A stretch of 64,000 nt of DNA, from positions 171,962 to 235,961 of the forward strand of contig CADAJS010000001.1 in the NCBI GenBank assembly GCA_902788315.1. The letters are read 5' to 3'. Shown in pieces: positions 18,036 to 26,655 of this stretch. The notes under the pieces are model-generated. The model saw only the letters and a list, made by a program, of their open reading frames with translations, was not told the DNA's origin and did not search any database. Position 1 is the first letter of the stretch; every line of letters starts with the position of its first letter. Source of the stretch: an uncultured Bacteroidales bacterium (lineage in GTDB: Bacteria; Bacteroidota; Bacteroidia; Bacteroidales; Bacteroidaceae). Both the position numbers and the translations under genes were made by a program.

Positions 18036-19204
18036 ACCTGCGCCTCCCCCTCGTATGGGGCACGGGACTTTTCCTCCTCGGGCTTCTTCTGGCCGACCGC
18101 TGGCCCAGCCTGTGGTTCGTGGCCGCAGCAGTCCTCGCACTCGTCGTCCAGACACTTTCCCTTCGCCATCCGCGCACATCGCTATGTGCCGCCGCGTTCT
18201 TCTGGCTGATGCTGGGCGCCGGACGCATGAGCCTGCAACGTCTCTGGCAGGACGACGCACGGGGCCCGCTCAGCACACTCTACCAAAACATTTCCGACAA
18301 TGCCCGTCTGCATGCCGGCCGTCTCGTCCAGCGTCTGCAGGCACAGGGCTTGGACGAGGAGCCCCTCGCCCTCACCGCTGCCATGCTCATGGGGCAGCGC
18401 TCGGGGCTGTCGCGCGAGACACGGCATGAATTCTCAGATGCCGGCACGGCCCATCTGCTGGCCTTGAGCGGCATGCACCTCGGCGTGCTCTACGGCCTGA
18501 TGCACCTGCTCTTCCTTCGCTGGGTGCGCCCCACGCGCTGGCGATGGCATGCATTGCCCCTGATGCTGGCAGCCATCTGGGGCTACGCCCTGCTCACGGG
18601 CTTCCCCGTTTCGCTGGTGCGCGCCTCCGTCATGCTATCGGTGATGACCATCGGCAGCCTGGCCGAGCGCGGCGTGCCCTCCCTCCACACACTGTCTCTC
18701 GCGGCACTCGTCATTCTGCTGTGCTCGCCCGATGCAGTGATGGACGTCGGCTTCCAACTATCGTTTCTCTCCGTGCTCTTCATCCTGACGCTTTATGTCC
18801 CCGTCCTGCAGCGTTATCATCGGCTTTTCTCGGGCTGGGGCCTGCTGCTCCGCCCCATAGGTGTGTCGCTGGCAGCACAGATAGGTACTGCCCCGCTCTG
18901 CCTCTACTACTTCCACAGCCTGCCGTTAGGCGCCGTGGCAATCAACCTGCTGATGGTGCCCCTGACCACCGCCATCATCTATCTCGGCGTGGCGGCTCTC
19001 GTGTGGCCGGCAACAATGCTGGTGAGCTTACTGGCCGATGTGGTGAAGGCCGAGTTGTGGCTCATCAAGGGATGGACCGCCCTGCCTCACCTCACCATCC
19101 ACGACATCTACGTGCCCCGGCTGATGGTACTGCTCCTGTATGCCTTGCTCCTCTGCGCCATCCTGCGCCTCCATCTCCAGCTGAAAGACGACGATTTCGC
19201 CTGA
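18032..19204 (+). CDS. ComEC/Rec2-family membrane protein (competence-domain core only)
   Basis: The protein is polytopic, with FSDAGTAHLLALSGMHLGVL typical of the ComEC competence domain. It shares an ATGA start/stop overlap with rpe. No C-terminal MBL domain is present. Confidence 0.7.
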   Translation: MNLRLPLVWGTGLFLLGLLLADRWPSLWFVAAAVLALVVQTLSLRHPRTSLCAAAFFWLMLGAGRMSLQRLWQDDARGPLSTLYQNISDNARLHAGRLVQRLQAQGLDEEPLALTAAMLMGQRSGLSRETRHEFSDAGTAHLLALSGMHLGVLYGLMHLLFLRWVRPTRWRWHALPLMLAAIWGYALLTGFPVSLVRASVMLSVMTIGSLAERGVPSLHTLSLAALVILLCSPDAVMDVGFQLSFLSVLFILTLYVPVLQRYHRLFSGWGLLLRPIGVSLAAQIGTAPLCLYYFHSLPLGAVAINLLMVPLTTAIIYLGVAALVWPATMLVSLLADVVKAELWLIKGWTALPHLTIHDIYVPRLMVLLLYALLLCAILRLHLQLKDDDFA

Positions 19205-19261
19205 GGAAATTGCTCTCGGGCGAAAAGACACATCGAGTAATTCTTTACACAAAATTTTCCT

Positions 19262-19349
19262 CCGGGCAAAACAACGTGCCGCGCCGAGCGATGGAACGTG
19301 CTGCACCGAGCGATGGAACACGCTGCGCAGACACATGGAACACGCTCCT
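19262..19349. repeat. 22-bp tandem repeat, about 4 units
   Basis: Units start at 19262, 19284, 19306 and 19328. The core CCGAGCGATGGAAC(G/A)(T/C)GCTGC is best conserved in units 2 and 3. It lies in the convergent intergenic region between the ComEC-like gene and the ClC gene. Confidence 0.75.
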
Positions 19350-19624
19350 CCGCCACGAGAATCGTGTATTTCCAGACGTGAGGACGTTCGCTTTAAAAAA
19401 ACGCCGTATTTTCAATCGTTGATTATCAAATATTTAGTAGTAAATCGGCGCGCAAATCATCGCAAAAAGCGACCCAAAATGGGCAAAAAAGCCTCATTTT
19501 GGGGGTATGGCAGAAAGTGCCGGAGAGACTCAAACATCCGTTTTATTTACACAAAAACAGATATGGAAAAGGTTATCTCTGGCGTATAAGTCAATTAATT
19601 GAGATTGACTGCAGTTTTCAGCAC

Positions 19625-21412
19625 TCAGTCCGTCGAATAGTCGGCCAGCAGCTGGCGGTAGGCAGAGAGAATGGTGCTCTTGCGGATAAAGCCCACGAAG
19701 ACGCCCTCCTCATCGACCACAGGCAACGTCCAGGCACCCGTGCGGTCGAAGGTGGCCACGACGTCGTCCATCGGGTCCACCACGGAGAGTCGCGCCTCGG
19801 GCTGTGCCATCAGCTGCTCCACATGGAACTGGCGATAGAGTTCGGTGCGGAAGATCAGGTGGCGGATGTCATCCAGATACACCGCCCCGATGAACTGCAT
19901 CTGACGGTTCACCACGGGGAAGACATGGTTGCGGCTGGTGCTCACCTGTGTGGCCACGTCGCCCAGCGTCATGTCAGGATAGAGTACATGGTCGTAATGC
20001 TGGATGACGCTGTCCATCTTCATCAGCGTAAGGATGGAGTGGTCGGTGTGATGCGTGAGCAGTTCACCCCGCTGAGCCAGACGCATGGCATAGATGCTGT
20101 GCGGCTCGAAGGCCTTGATGGTGAGGTAGGCCCCCACGGCCACGATCATCAAGGGCAGGAACAGGGCATATCCTCCCGTGAGCTCGGCAATGAGGAAGAT
20201 GCCGGTGAGCGGCGCGTGCATGACACCACTCATCAGTCCGCACATGCCCAGCATGGCAAAATTGCGCTCAGGGACGTGCATGCCCAGAAAGGCATACTGA
20301 TTCCAGAGGTGGCTGAAGACAAAGCCGCAGACACAGCCCAGGAACAGGCTGGGGGCAAAGATTCCGCCGCAGCCCCCACCGGCATTCGTGGCCGTGGAGG
20401 CAAAGACCTTGAAGACGATGATGAGCGAAAGATAGAGGAGCAGGAGATGACCCGAACCATAGAAGAGCGAGCGGTTCATGGCCTCGGCCCAGTCGGCTTC
20501 GCCGTTGCCGTTGAGCAGCAGGTTGATGAGGTCGTAGCCCTCGCCATAGAGCGGCGGGAAGAGGTAGATGAGAAGGCTGAGGATGACGCTGGCCACGATG
20601 AAGCGCCGGTAGCGACCGTCGAGACGGCGGAAAGCACCCTCGAGGCGGTTCATCGTACGGGTGAAGTAGAGTGCTATCAAACCGCAGACGATGCCCAGCA
20701 GGATATAGGCCGGGAGACGACTCACCTGGAAAGCATCCTGGAGGTGAAACTCGAAGACAGGACTCGTGCCGGAGACAGCAAACGTGAGGCTGGCCGCCGT
20801 AACACTGCATACGAGCAGGGGCAGAAGACTCGTGAACGTAAGGTCGATCATCAAGACCTCCAGCACGAAGACCACTCCGGCGATGGGTGCCTTGAAGATT
20901 CCGGCAATGGCACCGGCCGCACCGCAACCCACAAGCACCATCATTTGCTTGCGGCTCATGTTGAACAAGCGTCCCAGATTGCTGCCGATGGCACTGCCCG
21001 TGAGCACGATGGGCGCCTCGGCACCCACACTACCACCAAAACCGATGGTCAGGGCCGAGGCCACTACAGAGCTCCAGGTGTTATGCAGGCGCAGCTTGCT
21101 CTGCTTGCGGGCCAGGGCAAAGAGAATCTGCGTGACGCCGTGGCTGATGTCGTCCCGCACCACGTAGCGGATGAAGAGCATTGTCAGATAGATACCTATA
21201 GCGGGATACACCAGATAGAGCCAGTTGGCATCCGTCAGGCTGAAGCTGCGGGTGAGCAAATGCTCAATGCTGGCAATGAGCCACTTCAGCAGCAGGCCGG
21301 CCAGTGCGATGAAGATACCCACCAGGAAGCTGATGAGGAGGAGGAACTGGTTATCACCCAGATGGCGGCGTCGCCAGCGGATGAGGTAGGCAATCACGTC
21401 GCGTCCGCTCAT
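19625..21412 (-). CDS. ClC-family voltage-gated chloride channel / H+-Cl- antiporter with C-terminal CBS pair
   Basis: GGSVGAEAPIV and GIFAPSLFLG are selectivity-filter-like motifs. There are about 10 TM helices and a C-terminal CBS domain pair. Confidence 0.9.
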   Translation of the reverse strand: MSGRDVIAYLIRWRRRHLGDNQFLLLISFLVGIFIALAGLLLKWLIASIEHLLTRSFSLTDANWLYLVYPAIGIYLTMLFIRYVVRDDISHGVTQILFALARKQSKLRLHNTWSSVVASALTIGFGGSVGAEAPIVLTGSAIGSNLGRLFNMSRKQMMVLVGCGAAGAIAGIFKAPIAGVVFVLEVLMIDLTFTSLLPLLVCSVTAASLTFAVSGTSPVFEFHLQDAFQVSRLPAYILLGIVCGLIALYFTRTMNRLEGAFRRLDGRYRRFIVASVILSLLIYLFPPLYGEGYDLINLLLNGNGEADWAEAMNRSLFYGSGHLLLLYLSLIIVFKVFASTATNAGGGCGGIFAPSLFLGCVCGFVFSHLWNQYAFLGMHVPERNFAMLGMCGLMSGVMHAPLTGIFLIAELTGGYALFLPLMIVAVGAYLTIKAFEPHSIYAMRLAQRGELLTHHTDHSILTLMKMDSVIQHYDHVLYPDMTLGDVATQVSTSRNHVFPVVNRQMQFIGAVYLDDIRHLIFRTELYRQFHVEQLMAQPEARLSVVDPMDDVVATFDRTGAWTLPVVDEEGVFVGFIRKSTILSAYRQLLADYSTD

Positions 21413-21987
21413 TTCCGTATGAACGTTATCTGTCCGTCTTTCGAAATCTTCACTATCTGGCTCGGCTTGCCTTTCGTCACGTCATTCTGCCTTGCCTTCA
21501 TCACATAGTCCACTCCCTGGATTATCTCGGGAGAGATCTCCATGAAGTTACGCGGTGCAGGCTGTCCGCTCAGATTGGCGCTCGTGCTGACGACGGCGCG
21601 CTGGAAGCGGTAGCACAGGTCGTGGCTGATGCGCTCGCGGGTAACACGGATGGCTATGCTGCCGTCCTGGGCCACAAGGTTGGGTGCCAGGTTGAGTGCC
21701 CCATCGACAATCAGCGTGAGGGGGTTCTGAGCATAGTCGATGAGGTCCCACGCCACGTCGGGGATCGAGCGTGAGTACTGTTGCATGCGATTAGGACTGT
21801 CCACCAGGCAGATGAGCGCCTTCGAGTCGTCGCGCTGCTTCAACTCATAGATGCGACGCACGGCATCGGCATTCGTGGCATCGCAGCCAATGCCCCAGAT
21901 GGTATCGGTGGGGTACAGAATGAGTCCGCCGCTGCGCATCGTCTGCACCGCCTGCTGAATGTCTTCTGCAATTTCTTTCTGTGTCAT
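21409..21987 (-). CDS. tsaC: L-threonylcarbamoyladenylate synthase (YrdC/TsaC type)
   Basis: The YrdC fold is indicated by GGLILYPTDTIWGIGCDA and VSTSANLSG. The gene overlaps the ClC gene by 4 bp. Confidence 0.85.
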   Translation of the reverse strand: MTQKEIAEDIQQAVQTMRSGGLILYPTDTIWGIGCDATNADAVRRIYELKQRDDSKALICLVDSPNRMQQYSRSIPDVAWDLIDYAQNPLTLIVDGALNLAPNLVAQDGSIAIRVTRERISHDLCYRFQRAVVSTSANLSGQPAPRNFMEISPEIIQGVDYVMKARQNDVTKGKPSQIVKISKDGQITFIRK

Positions 21988-22052
21988 TATCTGATGATCC
22001 TTATTCCTCTATATTCTATTCCTTACTCTTTAATCCTCTCCCTATCGCGCCA

Positions 22053-22060
22053 CAAAGATA
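22053..22060 (-). promoter_or_regulatory. Bacteroidetes -7 box (TAtcTTTG) for the tsaC-ClC operon
   Basis: The + strand CAAAGATA lies 66 nt upstream of the tsaC ATG. Confidence 0.5.
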
Positions 22061-22224
22061 CTGCTTTTTCATCGGAAAACAGCCCGACAAGGAAACATTT
22101 ATTGAACGAAAGGGAAAAAAACAGGAAAGGGGGAACAAATTTATCCGCATGGGGTATCTCCTACTTTCAAGATAGACTTACTAATGAATAAAAACTAAGT
22201 CCAATTATCTAAATCCTGTAAGTT

Positions 22225-23220
22225 ATGAAACAAAAAGAAGAAAAACATCCGAAGTCGAAGACGAAGTTCCTTGAGTTCATTTACAGTGAGATTGCGCGGC
22301 AGCGGGAGAATGGACATATCAGCGTGGCCAACAACTACGCCAGTGCGGCACACAGCTTCTCCCGATTCCTCAAGACAAAGAACAAGGCAGACATCTCTTT
22401 CAGGAAGATAACCTCGCTGGTGATGTCGGATTATGAGGCCTGGCTACAGACCTGTGGTCTGTGCCGTAACACGACCTCGTTCTATATCCGTGCCTTGCAG
22501 TCCGTCTATCACAAGGCTGTGCGTCAATGCCTTACGGAAGACCGCCGTCCGTTCAGTGGGACCTACCGCGGCGTAGCAAGAACCGCGAAGCGAGCCATCG
22601 ATGCGTCAGAGATCTGCCAGCTGAGCAGGCTCGACATACGCAGCGCCCTGCTGTCAGGCGGCGACTATGAACAAGGAAAGCGACTGGACAACATGCAGCG
22701 GCAGTTGGAGTTTGCCCGCGACATCTTCATCTTCTGCTTCTGCGCCCGCGGATTGACCTTCGTGGATTTGGCTCACATGCGGAAGACGAACGTCACGGGC
22801 AGCCTTCTGGTCTATGTGCGACGCAAGACGAAGCAACGCATCGAGGTACAGGTGGAGCCGATGATGCAGGCCGTCATCGACCGCTACCCCTCGCAGACCG
22901 ACTATCTCCTTCCCATACTGACAAAGACAGGCAGCCCTGAGGCCGTCTATCAGCAGTACCGATACGCTCTCGGGCGCTATAATGCCAGCCTTAACACATT
23001 GGGGGCGATGCTGGACGGACTGAAGCTCACCTCCTACGTCAGCCGCCATTCGTGGGCCTCGGCAGCACGCCGGCAACACGTCCCCCTCTCCATCATCAGC
23101 CAGTCCATGGGGCACAACTCGGAGAAGACCACGGAGATTTACCTGAAGTCACTCGAATGCAACGTCATCAACAAGACCAACCATGACTTGCTGAACAACG
23201 TGTTCCAGAATGCAAAGTAA
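22225..23220 (+). CDS. tyrosine site-specific recombinase (phage integrase family)
   Basis: An N-terminal SAM-like domain is present. The catalytic residues appear in ARGLTFVDLAHMR, SRHSWASAARR and MGHNSEKTTEIYL (R..HxxR..H..Y). Confidence 0.85.
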   Translation: MKQKEEKHPKSKTKFLEFIYSEIARQRENGHISVANNYASAAHSFSRFLKTKNKADISFRKITSLVMSDYEAWLQTCGLCRNTTSFYIRALQSVYHKAVRQCLTEDRRPFSGTYRGVARTAKRAIDASEICQLSRLDIRSALLSGGDYEQGKRLDNMQRQLEFARDIFIFCFCARGLTFVDLAHMRKTNVTGSLLVYVRRKTKQRIEVQVEPMMQAVIDRYPSQTDYLLPILTKTGSPEAVYQQYRYALGRYNASLNTLGAMLDGLKLTSYVSRHSWASAARRQHVPLSIISQSMGHNSEKTTEIYLKSLECNVINKTNHDLLNNVFQNAK

Positions 23221-23261
23221 AGCGGAAATATCCACAACGAGTATAAAATGAAAGCGTGTGT

Positions 23262-23524
23262 CTCTCTTGCATAGAGAGATCGTGAATCGCCTGCAAAGGT
23301 AATCAAATTATTTGAAACAAATAACAAAACAGTAGAAATAATTTATCAAGACTATTATTTTTATGCGCCATTAGACGAAATTTAAAGTTCTGCGTGCATT
23401 CGGTGAATATATCTGATGCCTGAGATGTGGGAAAAGGAAAAAATCACTTTTGCTTGCATCTGTCGTGTTCAAATATATTCATCCCCAGCCGATTGGCACA
23501 CGTGTGTCTCTCTATGCAAGAGAG
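23262..23524. promoter_or_regulatory. candidate invertible promoter segment bounded by 18-nt inverted repeats
   Basis: CTCTCTTGCATAGAGAGA at 23262-23279 has its exact reverse complement at 23507-23524. The enclosed 227 bp is AT-rich and carries a reverse-strand TAccTTTG box at 23294-23301. Confidence 0.5.
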
Positions 23525-23686
23525 GCAGTGATTTTGGTGCATCGGGCACCTAAAATAGTAGTCTTTGCATGTCGCTTCAAAATAAGTACATAGAAGACGA
23601 AGTTCTCCGACGGATATCCCGTCATGTTCTGCATCACTTGATGCGGAGTCCCCAAGAATTTGTCTTTACACAACTGCGCTGAACGA

Positions 23687-24271
23687 ATGGAAGGGTATGC
23701 AGCAGATAGCATTCAGGCAGCACCGGACGTCATCGTGCGGTGGTACCCCATGAGGATTTTCCACTCCAGCGTCAAGCGACAGGAGAAGCTGAACGAACTG
23801 CTCGCCAACGATGCGCACGTCGAGAGGACATACATCCCTTTGCGGCTGATTGATGCCGAGGAAAAGACATACGTGCCCGCACTCGTCAATTACATCTTCC
23901 TGCGCACATCGCTGAAACATCTGAGGAAAATCAAAGCCGACAAGGCAAAATACAACAACCTGCGCTATGTCATGGCCATCGGCCTTGACGAGAAGCTCAA
24001 TCCGTTCACGAAAATTGCTTATGTGCCCGAAAAACAGATGGAGGACTTCATGCGCGTCATCGACAACGGCAATGAACAGGTCGTCTTGCTCGAGAACCTC
24101 GGCTTCGCCTGCCGCCCGGGTGAGACGGTCCGCATCACGAACGGCCTGTTCGAAGGCGTCGAAGGCATCCTAAAGAGCATCAAGAAACACCTCTGTGTGG
24201 TCATCCCCATCAAGGGAGTCATGGCCGTTGCCATCACAAATGTCCCGAGGAAATACCTGCAAAAGGTATAA
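23687..24271 (+). CDS. upxY: UpxY-family (NusG-like) transcription antiterminator
   Basis: The NGN-like N-terminus reads RWYPMRIFHSS...NYIFLRTS. The KOW motif reads GETVRITNGLFEGVEGIL. The position at the head of a polysaccharide locus fits. The start is set at the ATG at 23687. Confidence 0.75.
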   Translation: MEGYAADSIQAAPDVIVRWYPMRIFHSSVKRQEKLNELLANDAHVERTYIPLRLIDAEEKTYVPALVNYIFLRTSLKHLRKIKADKAKYNNLRYVMAIGLDEKLNPFTKIAYVPEKQMEDFMRVIDNGNEQVVLLENLGFACRPGETVRITNGLFEGVEGILKSIKKHLCVVIPIKGVMAVAITNVPRKYLQKV

Positions 24272-24328
24272 AGATACATATAAATATATAAGGCACGCGC
24301 GCGTAAGGCGATTTTCACACAAAAAAAA

Positions 24329-24433
24329 CTGCAAAACCTACACACATGTTCGACAACAGATTGATTGTCTGCGCGTAGCCAGTGTGTAGGTTTTGGTGTA
24401 GGGCGGCCGAAATCGTGTAGGTTATGCCTACAC
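24329..24433. repeat. cluster of CAAAACCTACAC / GTGTAGG motifs (left flank of the VirE module)
   Basis: CTGCAAAACCTACAC lies at 24329-24343. The inverted partner GTGTAGGTTTTG lies at 24384-24395. Further GTGTAGG copies lie at 24396 and 24415. CCTACAC at 24427-24433 forms the palindrome GTGTAGG-ttatg-CCTACAC over the VirE stop codon. Confidence 0.8.
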
Positions 24434-26542
24434 TTTGGCCCTTACATAGAATTCGCTACCGCTATTGCTGCGCCGAAACGGCAAGTCCGGCAGTCCATGC
24501 AGGATGCGACCGAAGGCGTTGGTGGCGGGTGCCTGGAGGAGGGAACCGGCTCGTTTCTTGATATGGAGCAGGATAGCGGTGGTGGACATCCACTGCCCCA
24601 CCTCGCCCTCCGCGGCAATCTCGAAATACTGATGGAAGAACATCTCGGCGTCGGTCTGCTTCTGGAAGCGTCGGTTGTACGCCATGACGACGGCCGTCTC
24701 GGCGTCGTTGAACCAGTAGCGCGCACCGGCGTTCAGCTCGGCCTGCGCCTGGGCATAGAGCTGCGCATGGTTGGGCGTCTGGCTGACATCGATGTCTCCC
24801 GTCACCTGTATGCCGAGGAAGCGGCGTGAACCCGTGGGGTCGGTGAGCACGTCGGCCATGTTCGTCGTCGCGATGAACGAGGCAAGCCGCGGCACCTCCT
24901 CCGTATGGCGGGCGTAGGGCCGCTTCACCTTGACGGAAGGCAGTTGCAGGATGTTCTTCAGGAACCCTTGCTGCAGTCTTGGCGAGATGCGGTTGAACTC
25001 GTCGAGGTTGATGAGGAGCATCTGCGCCATTGCCAGATGGACATTCCGCTCGTCGCTGAGCGAGAGGTTGTCGGTATAGCCCCACTGGCGCAGTTCGGGC
25101 GGCAGCAGCGAACGGCAGAAAGCGCTCTTGTGCATGCCCTGCTCCGAGACGAGCAGCGGCACGATGGCATTTCCGTATCGCGTGTCGCGTCCCTGCCATT
25201 GCGCCACCATGGCCAGGAACCATGTGTGGAACCACTCGGCCCACTGCGCCGCGTTGTCCGTGGGCACGGTGGCGGCAAGGGCGCGGATATGGTCGTGTCC
25301 GTCCCAGTGCGGGAGAGTGTCGAAGAGATAGTGCTCGACGGGATTGTAGTCGCGCACACGGGTGGAATTCACGTAGCGGCGCACGTCGCGGTCCCATGCG
25401 TCGAGGCCCGCCAGCTGAAGGTCGGTGGAGAACGTGTTGATGACCTTCTCCGTGACGGGTTGCCAGGGCGTGTTCCAGCTATGGTTGGGCCGATATTCGA
25501 CATACCCCATGACGGTATTGAATCGGAACACATAGCGGCTCTCCATGCGGCGGATAATCTGCTGCATGAGCGGTTCGCCCACGGCCGGCGAGGGCTGTCG
25601 CCGACGCGTCCGCTCCTCGTCATAGACTGACACGACGAGCATCCGCACGAAGTCCTCCGTCAGCCCTGGATAATCCTTGAACCTCAGGTGGTTCCACAGA
25701 TGGCAGACGGTCTCCTCCTCGGGCCATCCCATGCTGAAGAGCTCCGTAGCCATCGCCGTGACAAAGACCTTATACCATTCGTTGCTGTTTCGCGGGACAT
25801 TGCCTATCCGCTCTTCCACGCTGCACACAGCCTGGTCATAGGCGCGCTCGTTGTTGAAGTATGCCGTCATGTCGGCCTCCCCGAAGTCGCGTTCCTCGGG
25901 CAACGTGAGCAGATGGGCGTCAGCATTGTCGCCACGCGTCTCGATGGCGTCCGTAGCAACAACGTGGAACGGCACTGCTTCCGGACGGGTCATCGGCCTC
26001 GGGTCGAGCGGCATCAGGAAGGCGTGGCGCAGCGAGGGCGTCATGCGCGTGATGCGGCAAGGGAGCAGGGAGTCATAGACAGGCGTCACACGATGATAGG
26101 CCTGTGCATAGAAGTACTCGGCCTCCGTCTCCGTCGTGGGCACCGTGCCGTCGGGGCGCGACACGCGCACCAGCAGGATGACCTCCGTGCCGGTGACACC
26201 CGTGAAGGCCGCCAGCGTCGAGGGCATCGTCATCGCCGCACGCTTCACGTCCTCGCAGTCTCGCCGGCCCATGAGCTGACGCACCTCCAGGACAACCAGG
26301 CCATTGAAACGGGCGACTCCCGTGGCGCCGTTCGCCTGACGATACAGCTCCACGGCGGCTGCCACCTGCGGGATCTCAGCGTAGCGCCGGTATTGGCGGA
26401 TGCGGTCCGGCGTCGTCTCAAGGCGCAGGCTCCCAATGAGGTTTCTGCTTGCATCCGTCTGGATGCGTTCGAAGAACTTGGCGCTGTCCCACAGCCGGAG
26501 ATGTTCGCCTTGCTTGTCTGTCTTTAATGTAGAGAATTTCAT
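24428..26542 (-). CDS. VirE-family (virulence-associated protein E / primase-helicase-like P-loop) protein
   Basis: The Walker-A-like motif is LVSEQGMHKSAF and the Walker B motif is LLINLDEF. PRLASFIATTN...DPTGSRRFLGIQV matches the VirE family pattern. A long N-terminal domain is present. Confidence 0.75.
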   Translation of the reverse strand: MKFSTLKTDKQGEHLRLWDSAKFFERIQTDASRNLIGSLRLETTPDRIRQYRRYAEIPQVAAAVELYRQANGATGVARFNGLVVLEVRQLMGRRDCEDVKRAAMTMPSTLAAFTGVTGTEVILLVRVSRPDGTVPTTETEAEYFYAQAYHRVTPVYDSLLPCRITRMTPSLRHAFLMPLDPRPMTRPEAVPFHVVATDAIETRGDNADAHLLTLPEERDFGEADMTAYFNNERAYDQAVCSVEERIGNVPRNSNEWYKVFVTAMATELFSMGWPEEETVCHLWNHLRFKDYPGLTEDFVRMLVVSVYDEERTRRRQPSPAVGEPLMQQIIRRMESRYVFRFNTVMGYVEYRPNHSWNTPWQPVTEKVINTFSTDLQLAGLDAWDRDVRRYVNSTRVRDYNPVEHYLFDTLPHWDGHDHIRALAATVPTDNAAQWAEWFHTWFLAMVAQWQGRDTRYGNAIVPLLVSEQGMHKSAFCRSLLPPELRQWGYTDNLSLSDERNVHLAMAQMLLINLDEFNRISPRLQQGFLKNILQLPSVKVKRPYARHTEEVPRLASFIATTNMADVLTDPTGSRRFLGIQVTGDIDVSQTPNHAQLYAQAQAELNAGARYWFNDAETAVVMAYNRRFQKQTDAEMFFHQYFEIAAEGEVGQWMSTTAILLHIKKRAGSLLQAPATNAFGRILHGLPDLPFRRSNSGSEFYVRAKV

Positions 26543-26600
26543 AGAGATGTTGTTGTATTCTTATAGTTAAAACTCTTGTTTCGCAAAGTGTCGCACGGGA

Positions 26601-26642
26601 TTTTATCACACGTGATAAAACAGTTTATCACACGTGATAAAA
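26601..26642. promoter_or_regulatory. two tandem copies of the 20-bp near-palindrome TTTTATCACACGTGATAAAA (operator/iteron-like)
   Basis: Copies lie at 26601-26620 and 26624-26642, offset by 22 bp. They sit between the 143-aa gene and the VirE-family gene. The same motif recurs at 61401-61465. Confidence 0.7.
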
Positions 26643-26655
26643 CCTCCCGAAGCGG

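Noticed and set aside
18032-19204. The short ComEC-like gene (no MBL domain) might be a pseudogene.
   Set aside because: The reading frame is intact and translationally coupled to rpe (ATGA overlap). Stand-alone competence-domain proteins exist, so there is no evidence of decay.
19284-19349. TGGAAC-N-GCTGC in the 22-bp units might be sigma-54 -24/-12 promoters.
   Set aside because: The GG-to-GC spacing is 10 nt instead of 12. The -12 element lacks TTGC. No downstream gene is in the right orientation.
19499-21508. Very long ORFs antisense to real genes. Examples are the 669-aa ORF opposite the ClC channel, 439-1134 and 1374-2492 around hisS and the GT2 gene, 44487-46199 opposite prfC, 48593-50017, 50556-52244 and 58484-59773.
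   Set aside because: Their products are low-complexity and rich in Arg/Gly/Ala/His. They exactly shadow genes with strong family signatures on the other strand. They lack promoter boxes. They are the typical stop-poor antisense frames of GC-rich coding DNA.
26601-26642. TTATCACA half-sites might be DnaA boxes, making this a chromosomal origin.
   Set aside because: The DnaA consensus TTATCCACA has an extra C. There is no dnaA/dnaN context and no AT-rich unwinding-element pattern. The sites are head-to-head palindromes, which fits a dimeric regulator or iteron better.
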